Below are positions 56,814 to 64,000 of a stretch of 64,000 nucleotides of DNA, in pieces. The DNA is from an uncultured bacterium (GTDB lineage: Bacteria > Patescibacteriota > Minisyncoccia > Phycocordibacterales > CAIZLB01). The first letter of the stretch is position 1. Every line of letters starts with the position of its first letter. The stretch is taken from assembly GCA_903821355.1 (NCBI GenBank), contig CAIJKW010000006.1:23898-87897 (forward strand), given 5' to 3'. The translations under genes and the position numbers were made by a program. The notes under the pieces are model-generated. The model was not told the origin of the DNA. It saw only the letters and a list, made by a program, of their open reading frames with translations, and searched no databases.

Positions 56814-58196
56814 CTAGTATTTTACTTCACCGGACCTTTCTTTTAGGTCTATTGGGTATTTGCCATTGAAACATGAGGTGCAGAACAGGCATTCACTAAG
56901 TCCTGTTGCCTCAATCATTCCTTCGTATGATAGAAAATTTAATGAAGTGGAACCAAGATAGTGATTCATCTCCTCCACCGTCATTTTTGATGCCAGAAGA
57001 GCATCTTGTTTTGGCAGGTCTATTCCGTAAAAGTCAGGGTATCTAACTGGCGGAGAGCTTATGACAAAGTGCACCTCCTTCGCTCCAGTTTCAAAAAGCA
57101 TCTTTACAATTTGTCTGGATGTAGTTCCTCTTACGATAGAATCATCGACAACAATCACCCTCTTATTTTCAATCATTTCCTTGAGTGGTGCCAGTTTCAG
57201 CTTTACACCTTGATCTCTAATATGTTGTTCAGGTTCAATAAAAGTTCTATGAATATATCTACTTTTAATTATTCCCATTTCAAAAGGAATTCCAGATGCG
57301 TTAGCATAACCTATTGCAACAGGAATAGACGTTTCTGGAATTGGTATGACTACATCAGCATCAATTAAATATTCCTCTGCTAATCTTTTACCAAACTTCT
57401 TTCTAACATCGTAAACTGACTTACCAAGAAGAGTACTATCTGGGCGAGAAAAATAAACAAACTCAAATATGTCTAGCTTTTGTATACCCTTAACGATTTG
57501 TTTAATCTTAAGACCGCTTTCATCAACCACAACCATTTCTCCTGGATTCACATCTCTAATAAAATTTGCGCCAATCGGGTGAAAGGCGCAAGTCTCTGAT
57601 GCAAAAACAAATCCTCCGTTTAGCTTAGCAATTGAAAGAGGTCTAATCCCATATTGATCACGGAGCGCGACAAGCTTATCCTTCGTCATAATTAATAAAG
57701 AAAAAGATCCCGTCATTAGCGGGAAAATTTGTTCTATTGCTGATTCTATTGACTTGCCTTCTTTAGTCACTGAATGTAGCGCTTCTGTTATTATCATGGA
57801 ATCTGATGCGTCTTTTAATTCTATTCCTCTGGCTTTTAGAAAACTTGTTAGTAAAGTTGTACTTGGTAAGTTGCCGTTGTGCACTAGAGAAATTGATTTA
57901 TCAGAAGTTTCTATTGGGTGTGCATATTCAGCTCCTGCGCCCGATGAAGTTGAATATCTATTGTGTCCGATGGCAATATGGCCTGGGAGACTTTTAATTA
58001 TTCCTTCATTAAAAACTTGAGAGACCAAACCTACTCCCTTGTGACAGTAAACTTCTTCTCCATCTGTTGAAGCAATTCCAGAATTTTCTTGCCCTCTGTG
58101 TTGAAGAGCATATAAACCAAAAAAGGCCAGACGGCTTACGTCTAGACCTTTCCCGTAAATTCCAAATACGGCACATTTTTCTCCTAGTTTTTTCAT
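56814..58196 (-). CDS. purF: amidophosphoribosyltransferase (glutamine PRPP amidotransferase)
   Basis: Short propeptide then the catalytic Cys (MKKLGEKCAVFGIYG). Ntn glutaminase domain plus PRTase motif VVVDDSIVRGTT. Confidence 0.85.
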   Translation of the reverse strand: MKKLGEKCAVFGIYGKGLDVSRLAFFGLYALQHRGQENSGIASTDGEEVYCHKGVGLVSQVFNEGIIKSLPGHIAIGHNRYSTSSGAGAEYAHPIETSDKSISLVHNGNLPSTTLLTSFLKARGIELKDASDSMIITEALHSVTKEGKSIESAIEQIFPLMTGSFSLLIMTKDKLVALRDQYGIRPLSIAKLNGGFVFASETCAFHPIGANFIRDVNPGEMVVVDESGLKIKQIVKGIQKLDIFEFVYFSRPDSTLLGKSVYDVRKKFGKRLAEEYLIDADVVIPIPETSIPVAIGYANASGIPFEMGIIKSRYIHRTFIEPEQHIRDQGVKLKLAPLKEMIENKRVIVVDDSIVRGTTSRQIVKMLFETGAKEVHFVISSPPVRYPDFYGIDLPKQDALLASKMTVEEMNHYLGSTSLNFLSYEGMIEATGLSECLFCTSCFNGKYPIDLKERSGEVKY

Positions 58197-58254
58197 ATAT
58201 TCATTATACTGCCAAGTACAAAACTTTGCACATCGATATTATATGGCTAATTAA

Positions 58255-59001
58255 TTATTTAAAATCTAAGAAAAGTGGAGCGTGGTCAGAAACTTCATCT
58301 AGTAAGACTTTAAAATCTATGGTTTCAATTCCTTTTGAGACAAAAACATAATCGGCAAACTTAATTGGCTTTGGATATAAAGACGTGCGAGTTGAAATGA
58401 TTCCTTGCTCTTTAATTAAATTCACACACCCCAACTTTTCTTCTATCATTTGCAGACTCTTGGTATCTGGTAAAAGGTTGAAATCTCCACAAAGGACATA
58501 ATCATTTTTGATATCCTTAACAAATTCAACAATTTTTTTAGACTGATTTAGTCTATCTTCAGTATCTCCCTTACCTTCCCCGTTCCATAGTCCATGGAAA
58601 TTTAATATTGTTAGAGCCTTACCATTATATTCAGTTTTTAAGAATTGGATATTTTTTGCTGTATATCCATAAGCTTCCAATGAAGGATTGTGTCCAATAT
58701 ATTTATGAACGAAAAAATCACCTTCTTCAAGAATTTTGAAGTCTTTTTTTATAAATATAGCGAGCCCCCAGTAATCTTCTTGATACGGCTTGTAATATGA
58801 GTTGTATTTTGTAGAAAGGACGCCTTTTATATCGTCAAAAAAATTTAAATTTGAACCATCCCTCCATATTTTTTCTTTTTCTTCCGCGTTGTGATATACC
58901 TCTTGAAAACAGAATACATCAATGTCTCCATTCTCTATTAGAAACTTCTTAAGTTCACCTGTCATCTTTCCACACCATGTATTTAGAGTGACCAACTTCA
59001 T
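58255..59001 (-). CDS. endonuclease/exonuclease/phosphatase (EEP) family protein
   Basis: …VTLNTW…DVFCFQEV… and the C-terminal …SDHAPL… motif. Confidence 0.7.
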   Translation of the reverse strand: MKLVTLNTWCGKMTGELKKFLIENGDIDVFCFQEVYHNAEEKEKIWRDGSNLNFFDDIKGVLSTKYNSYYKPYQEDYWGLAIFIKKDFKILEEGDFFVHKYIGHNPSLEAYGYTAKNIQFLKTEYNGKALTILNFHGLWNGEGKGDTEDRLNQSKKIVEFVKDIKNDYVLCGDFNLLPDTKSLQMIEEKLGCVNLIKEQGIISTRTSLYPKPIKFADYVFVSKGIETIDFKVLLDEVSDHAPLFLDFK

Positions 59002-59009
59002 ACTTATTT

Positions 59010-59405
59010 TTACATGACAGCTTCACCAAAAGCCTCGTCTTTTACATCAGCATCTGCATCAGCTTTTGTAACATGAATTATTCCATCTATGTGATTTGCT
59101 GGAGCGTAAATTGTGTAAACCTTAAGATTACCTGCCCCTGTATTTACTACATTATGTTTTGTTCCTGGAGTAACAACTACAACATCGCCAGTATTCATTT
59201 CTGTTTCTTCACCATCAAGAATTGCCTTGGCAGAACCACTCAGTATAAAAATTGTCTGTTCAACATGAGCGTGAGTTTCTTCTCCAATCTCCCCTCCTGC
59301 GGGAATATCCATCACTACCAATTGAGATTTTTGCCCAGTAAAAAGAACCTCTCTAAAGTTGCTGTTTTCTGTTGTATTTTTTATTATGTTTGTTATATAT
59401 GACAT
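59010..59405 (-). CDS. cupin-domain protein
   Basis: …MDIPAGGEIGEETHAHVEQTIFILSG… is the cupin motif G(X)5HXH…E. Start at MSYITN. Confidence 0.6.
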   Translation of the reverse strand: MSYITNIIKNTTENSNFREVLFTGQKSQLVVMDIPAGGEIGEETHAHVEQTIFILSGSAKAILDGEETEMNTGDVVVVTPGTKHNVVNTGAGNLKVYTIYAPANHIDGIIHVTKADADADVKDEAFGEAVM

Positions 59406-59445
59406 GTGTTTAATTATACTATACTTTATAAAAATGCCACACGTC

Positions 59446-59703
59446 CTATTCTGTTGGCCAATTTTGACTATCCAAATCATCTTGGATTAATTTGGCCATA
59501 TTATCAGGCGTAAATCTTTCAGACAGAGCCTTATAGTACGACGGGTTCTTTTTCCAATCTGCTTCATTCGATTTATCTAAAATACCGCACATTTGTTCAA
59601 ACGACACATCACGCACTAAATCACTACGAAGAGAGACAGTATCTGAAGTCGATACATATCGCAAACTCTCTAGAAAATCTCTCATCTCCTTCAACTTTTT
59701 CAT
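59446..59703 (-). CDS. hypothetical protein
   Basis: 85-aa ORF. Confidence 0.35.
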   Translation of the reverse strand: MKKLKEMRDFLESLRYVSTSDTVSLRSDLVRDVSFEQMCGILDKSNEADWKKNPSYYKALSERFTPDNMAKLIQDDLDSQNWPTE

Positions 59704-59888
59704 TGTAGAAATAAAAAGCTCAGTTTTGTCAAAGACGCTTCCGCCCCAAGCATCCCAATTAATCTATCAACAATATCTTGATTACCCACATGTACGGCTT
59801 GATCTCCTGTTTGATTAGGTTCTATTATTTTTTCTTCTGTTTTTTTAGGTGTAAAATCGTGATATATAATATTGTTTTCTTCAGTCAT
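59700..59888 (-). CDS. hypothetical small protein
   Basis: 62-aa ORF abutting the previous one in another frame. It may be a frameshifted single gene. Confidence 0.25.
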   Translation of the reverse strand: MTEENNIIYHDFTPKKTEEKIIEPNQTGDQAVHVGNQDIVDRLIGMLGAEASLTKLSFLFLQ

Positions 59889-59890
59889 AT

Positions 59891-60616
59891 CTAAAGTTTA
59901 CTATATAATAGCTTAAAAATCTTCTTTTGAAATTGAGCGATCATTTCATTCTCAATTACAATCACTGTTTTACTGTTATAGTCAATTAAAGCAACCTTAC
60001 TGCCGTAAATAACCTGCGTTATATTCAGATCAAATAAATCATAATTACTTGGAATAGTTTTAACTGATTTGCCAAGTTTTTTAGAAATAATTTTACTTGA
60101 AGATTCATCCGTAATAATAAATCGCTCCAGAGACTTTCTATCACGAATTATTCTATAGTCAGCTGGAACGTATTTTTTACGAGATAAGGTTAGCGCGGAG
60201 CTATATCGATAATATACTTCATTTTTACTAAGACTATGGACGACGTCCGAAAACACCGCCTTAATTGCTTTATCACCTTCCGTATATGTAACGATAGGTT
60301 TTTTGTCCCTCATTTTATATGTCTCATGTAAGTCATGTATTTCTGCATTAAAATTATCCTCTAGGTCATTAAATATTTTTTCTATCTTTTCAGGCGAGCC
60401 AGCGACATACAATTTATACTTTCCTTTTGGCACAATACTTACTAGCCCAAATTCAATTAGATTAGATATAGATTTATAGATTGTTGGCCTATGCATTTTT
60501 GTCTGACGAACAATATCTGAAATAGATAGTGGACCCTTCTTTAAAAGAGCTTTGTAGATTACTTCTTCTTCCCTACTCATTCCTATTTGTTCCAAAACTG
60601 TTTTGTTTGTTTTCAT
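59891..60616 (-). CDS. TrmB-like winged-helix transcriptional regulator
   Basis: N-terminus …LEQIGMSREEEVIYKALLKKGPLSISDIVRQTKMHRPTIYKSISNLIEFGLV… is a TrmB/MarR-like wHTH. Confidence 0.55.
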   Translation of the reverse strand: MKTNKTVLEQIGMSREEEVIYKALLKKGPLSISDIVRQTKMHRPTIYKSISNLIEFGLVSIVPKGKYKLYVAGSPEKIEKIFNDLEDNFNAEIHDLHETYKMRDKKPIVTYTEGDKAIKAVFSDVVHSLSKNEVYYRYSSALTLSRKKYVPADYRIIRDRKSLERFIITDESSSKIISKKLGKSVKTIPSNYDLFDLNITQVIYGSKVALIDYNSKTVIVIENEMIAQFQKKIFKLLYSKL

Positions 60617-60784
60617 AAGTTGTAATATATTGTTACAACTTAATATATCACTATTACCTATAAAATCAAGGGTTTTTAGAGATATCCACTTTTATAGATA
60701 CAAGTTTTGCTGTTTTCGAATACACCCTTCTATTTTTAGTTTATATTGGAATTAGAAGTAAATTAACAGCTAACAACAATAACT

Positions 60785-61696
60785 ATGAAAAACACAAATA
60801 CGACTAAGGTCGAAGAAATGACAATCGAACAAATTGGTTCCTTCCTACTAGAGGAGGTTGTCCCACAGGCGATCAAGATTATACAAGACGAATGCCATGA
60901 CTTAACTATTCACAAGAAAGTTGGTTATGATGGCGTCAAGGATGATCTTGCAACCAATGGTGACAAATTGGCTCAAGCGATGTACATGAAGGAACTATCT
61001 GAACACTTCCCCAACTTTGGCATAATTGCCGAAGAAGATGGTGTGGCGTTTAATGGTACAAATGCAGATGGTGATGATATCTACTTCACCGTTGATCCTT
61101 TGGATGGAACCAAGGCATATGAGCGTGGATCATCGCAGGGTGTTGGGACTATGATTGCTTTAATCAAGAACGATGAAGTAATTGCATCATATATCGGCGA
61201 TGCCAATACCAGCGAAATATATGGATTTGCTAGTCTAGATAAGACTGGTCCGGTCATAAGACGTCGCTTTGGTTTTACAGACAATCTCAAGCCAGACATC
61301 CTTCGTCCTTTAACTAAACAGCACGTCCTTCTACGCGAAATTCCACGTAAACAACCGGCACTAATTAACAAAATGATTAAAGATGTTAAAGATGGTGGTC
61401 TGTTCAAGGATGCAGAAGTCTCGCGCGGAAGTATTGGCACCATGCTCGCAAGATTATGGAAAGGTGAAATTGGAGCCGTCGTACTTGAGGCAAACTTCAA
61501 CACCCCTTGGGACTTGGCACCAATACTTGGTATAAGCAAAAGACTTGGGTTCAAGTTTTACAAACTTGATGAACGAGGTACTCTTGTCGAGTATAGTCCC
61601 TCTCTCGTAAAGACAGTCACCCAAAAACCTTATACAGAAATTATTATTCATAAATCACATGAAGAAGAACTAAAATCATGGCTAAAACAAAACTAA
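60785..61696 (+). CDS. inositol monophosphatase / FBPase-IMPase family protein
   Basis: …IIAEEDG… and VDPLDGT motifs of the Li-sensitive phosphatase family. Confidence 0.75.
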   Translation: MKNTNTTKVEEMTIEQIGSFLLEEVVPQAIKIIQDECHDLTIHKKVGYDGVKDDLATNGDKLAQAMYMKELSEHFPNFGIIAEEDGVAFNGTNADGDDIYFTVDPLDGTKAYERGSSQGVGTMIALIKNDEVIASYIGDANTSEIYGFASLDKTGPVIRRRFGFTDNLKPDILRPLTKQHVLLREIPRKQPALINKMIKDVKDGGLFKDAEVSRGSIGTMLARLWKGEIGAVVLEANFNTPWDLAPILGISKRLGFKFYKLDERGTLVEYSPSLVKTVTQKPYTEIIIHKSHEEELKSWLKQN

Positions 61697-62178
61697 AAAC
61701 AACCACGCCGCTCGATGTGCAAAACGAAGCGATTGGGTTTGACATTGGAAACACTATAGTGAATTCATCGACCAAAGCAAAGCAAACATTTCCTCAATCC
61801 TTTAGGGTTATCAAGAGACTAGTAGATGAGCGCTTCGGCAATAAAAGCTATGTGGTCTCAAAAGTAAACCCTGAACAAGAGATCCGCGCAAAGGTTTGGA
61901 TCAAAAAGAAGGGTTTGCATGAAAAGACAGGAATAATTCAAGAGAATATTTTCTTTTGCAGAGAAAGGCATGAAAAAGCACCAATCTGCAAGTCTCTTGG
62001 CATCACACATTTTATTGACGATAGACCAGAAGTCTTGAGTCATATGGAAAGTGTTCCCCATCGAATTTTATTCCGAGGCGATGAAGATGATTTTCAAAAG
62101 TTCAAATCAAAACTCCAAGGAGTAATCCGAGTCAAGAACTGGAGAGAGATTGAAGAGCTGTTGTTGGGGGTAGATTAA
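61678..62178 (+). CDS. hypothetical protein (possibly HAD-like)
   Basis: 166-aa ORF. Only a weak HAD-like pattern (IGFDIGNT…FIDDRPE). Confidence 0.4.
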   Translation: MAKTKLKTTTPLDVQNEAIGFDIGNTIVNSSTKAKQTFPQSFRVIKRLVDERFGNKSYVVSKVNPEQEIRAKVWIKKKGLHEKTGIIQENIFFCRERHEKAPICKSLGITHFIDDRPEVLSHMESVPHRILFRGDEDDFQKFKSKLQGVIRVKNWREIEELLLGVD

Positions 62179-62619
62179 AATAGATCTTTGTAATTCATTA
62201 AACGTTCTTTATAGCGATACGGAAGCAAGATAACGGTACTTGAGGCTGTCTGAAGGATAGATATATGAAGCTTATTTATGGCTCTATATACCTATCCTCC
62301 AGAGCATCGCTCTGTGTGGCTGGGACTAAAACAAGTGTTATCAACCCCAAACCAACAAAAGCAATGAAACACCCCCCATGGGCCAACGCCCGCTACCGTT
62401 CGAAATTGAGCCAAATGTCCGCCACCTCCTGCTGCATCGGCGCCGTCGAAATGAGCCCCTGACGACACGGCCCCCGCCAGCGAGGTCTCCCAACAACAAG
62501 GTTTAACAGGATCTAGATCTTCTTTTGCAAACCCATAAAGCAAAAGATAGATAGAGATAATGGAAAACCATATGGTAACCCACCATGCATAATTGTTAGG
62601 AGCCCTACACGGCGCAACT

Positions 62620-62654
62620 TGACCGCCCCCTCACCGGGGCGGTCTTTACTTTTC
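62620..62654 (+). terminator. strong rho-independent terminator
   Basis: GACCGCCCC-ctcac-CGGGGCGGTC 9-bp GC stem followed by TTTACTTTT. It ends the GC-rich segment 62290-62610. Confidence 0.6.
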
Positions 62655-62723
62655 CACAAAAGTGGTATAATTGTAGTCGGCGTCGAGCTTTTATTAACAG
62701 TTCAATTTAAAAAATATAAATTT

Positions 62724-62873
62724 ATGTTAACAACAATCGCAGTAATCTTAATCGTTTTGTGGCTATTGGGATTAGTCACATCTTATACCTTGGGTGGTTT
62801 TATTCACGTTCTTCTAGTTATAGCAATCATATTAATAATAATGAGGTTGGTTAAAAAAGAGGAAGTGATGTAA
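62724..62873 (+). CDS. Lmo0937-family small membrane protein (49 aa)
   Basis: MLTTIAVILIVLWLLGLVTSYTLGGFIHVLLVIAIILIIMRLV matches the conserved small-protein family. The ORF-track start at 62619 runs through the terminator, so the internal Met was chosen. Confidence 0.55.
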   Translation: MLTTIAVILIVLWLLGLVTSYTLGGFIHVLLVIAIILIIMRLVKKEEVM

Positions 62874-62972
62874 CGCCTACATATTATTAAACACAGTTGT
62901 AGTTTTGAATAATCTAGAACCGTAGGACTAAATGAACACCACCGATAAGGCTGTTTGAACTTTTGAAAAATA

Positions 62973-63467
62973 TCAAGAGAACTTTTTTTCTTGCCTTCTT
63001 TTTATGTATCGATATTCATGAACTGTTAGCGAGATGACAACCAGATCTAATATCGTAAAAATAATTAACCAAATAGATTGGGTAATGGTGAATCTATATA
63101 TTTGATAAAGAATAAACATACCGAATACAATAATTGAAGTTGGGTAAGCCCAAAGTTTTTCCTTAAATAGACTCATAAGCAGAATCAGTTTTATAATACC
63201 GTGACTTAGTAAATAAAAAGCAACAAAGTGTTGAGAGGACACCGAAAAGCTCTCTGCAAATTTAATTAAATAATTTGAAAAGAGGTCTCTAGGGTCTTCC
63301 AAAAGTTCGCTTCTGGTCATCCAAACAACTAGATTGGATACAAATTGCTGACTTATAAAATAAACAAAAAAGGCACTAATAATCTCAATTAAAGCGTGAA
63401 TCCCTTTTAAAATAAGGGTTATATCAAAAAGCTCATGAATATATTTTTCTTTAAAAAAGTTTTTCAT
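62973..63467 (-). CDS. hypothetical membrane protein (DUF2127-like)
   Basis: Four hydrophobic helices. Start at MKNFFKEK. Confidence 0.45.
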   Translation of the reverse strand: MKNFFKEKYIHELFDITLILKGIHALIEIISAFFVYFISQQFVSNLVVWMTRSELLEDPRDLFSNYLIKFAESFSVSSQHFVAFYLLSHGIIKLILLMSLFKEKLWAYPTSIIVFGMFILYQIYRFTITQSIWLIIFTILDLVVISLTVHEYRYIKRRQEKKFS

Positions 63468-63723
63468 ATAGTCATAATTTAAATAAATAAAACCCAGCAC
63501 TAGAGATAAATTAAATCTGCTCTAGTCTAGGTAAAAATCAAACGTAGTCACCCCTAAATGCCTAAGCATTTATTATTTTTTAGCGACAACCTTCTTTGGT
63601 TTTTTTATGTTTTTATTTTTTTGTCCTCTGTGTTCGTTGCTGGCCATATTGTTTAAATTATTTTGTTAATACTGAAATTATAACACAAAAATAACTAATC
63701 AACATTAAATTTGCAATAATCCA

Positions 63724-63757
63724 CAAAAAGCGCCCCATGAGGGCGCTTATTCGTTTG
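63724..63757 (-). terminator. rho-independent terminator of ppdK
   Basis: Minus-strand reading: GCGCCCtcatgGGGCGC followed by TTTTTGTGG. Confidence 0.55.
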
Positions 63758-63777
63758 GCTGAATTTCTGAATTAAGC

Positions 63778-64000
63778 TTAGTTTTTCTTTCTTACTTCCA
63801 CCAACACTTTAGCTTTTTTTGTTTTTTTAACTAGACCAGTTACCTTCAAACAGCTCACTATCTCATCATCAAGCGCAGCTTGCGCAGCAGCCAATCTTGC
63901 AACTGGAACTCTATATGGCGAACAGCTGACATAAGTAAGTCCAAGCTTGTGACAGAATCTCACACTCGCTGGATCTCCTCCGTGCTCTCCACAAATTCCA
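63778..64000 (-). CDS. ppdK: pyruvate phosphate dikinase, C-terminal end (the gene continues beyond the window)
   Basis: Extends in frame to the window edge: …[43 protein letters not shown]… is the highly conserved C-terminus of the PEP-utilising TIM-barrel domain. The ORF-track start at 63963 is an internal GTG. Confidence 0.75.
   Translation of the reverse strand, partial: GICGEHGGDPASVRFCHKLGLTYVSCSPYRVPVARLAAAQAALDDEIVSCLKVTGLVKKTKKAKVLVEVRKKN

Noticed and set aside
62265-62543. ORFs 62265-62462 (+) and 62292-62543 (-) in the GC-rich segment.
   Set aside because: Composition-driven (Gly/Ala/Cys/Trp-rich), with no start context and mutually overlapping. The segment is more likely non-coding.
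62290-62610. Assignment of the GC-rich segment to tmRNA, RNase P RNA or SRP RNA.
   Set aside because: The hallmark motifs are absent on either strand: the tRNA-like GGTTCGA…CCA end of tmRNA, AGGAAAGUCCGGGCUCC/CCGGCUUA of RNase P, and GGUCCGGAAGGAAGCAGC of SRP. It is left as an unclassified element.

Overview
The window is low-GC (~35%), gene-dense, with short intergenic regions and many hypothetical proteins. With a long-leader type IV pilin, DedA, small orphan regulators and a reduced metabolism, it is consistent with a small-genome, possibly CPR/Patescibacteria-like bacterium. Lineage is inferred from gene content only.

Core housekeeping genes:
- 1-18.4 kb: RseP (partial), frr, a MacA/FtsX/ABC-ATPase efflux operon, typA, an RRM RNA-binding protein, holB, mreB, a degenerate PriA-like protein, def-fmt, hpf and a LivM-type permease.
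- 54-64 kb: a histidine kinase/response regulator pair, a GAF protein, purF, an EEP nuclease, a cupin, a TrmB-like regulator, an IMPase and the C-terminus of ppdK.
- An envelope cluster encodes cardiolipin synthase, acyltransferase-3 and a GT2 glycosyltransferase.

The main result is a ~15 kb accessory block at ~34.07-49.09 kb:
- A tRNA-Asn(GUU) gene on the minus strand has its 3' end overlapped by the stop region of a 500-aa large serine recombinase gene.
- Upstream of that sit a putative type II restriction enzyme, a C5-cytosine methyltransferase, a small excisionase-like HTH gene, a possible replication protein and an array of at least 8 short gene cassettes of 0.6-1.4 kb.
- The cassettes encode a Fic protein, a NYN/PIN-like nuclease, a Panacea-domain antitoxin with an unknown partner, a MaoC hotdog protein, membrane proteins and hypotheticals.
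- Each cassette is bounded by a family of degenerate 25-90 bp repeats.
- The repeats' 3' module (GGCTCCG..TGGGACGA.GTTCGAAT, in several copies preceded by ACTGGCT) reproduces the tRNA-Asn 3' end/att region, and many carry a bidirectional terminator hairpin.
- I interpret this as a serine-recombinase-associated cassette array or tandem island accretion at tRNA-Asn.
- It may be integron-like, but it lacks a tyrosine IntI and canonical attC sites.

Other points of interest:
- Two long hairpins share an identical 27-nt core.
- A tandemly duplicated promoter-bearing ~140-bp element sits upstream of a PG-binding/FN3 secreted-protein gene and its truncated paralog.
- There is a Tyr/Gly/Asn-rich repetitive secreted protein.
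- There is a Ser/Thr/Ala-rich repeat membrane protein.
- A HicB-HicA pair is present.
- There are GC-rich islands at 18.4-18.8, 26.0-27.8, 32.4-33.1, 39.6-40.8 and 62.3-62.6 kb; the last is an unexplained ~330-bp GC-rich non-coding segment ending in a strong terminator.
- PurN-like and PurF homologues occur without the rest of the purine pathway.
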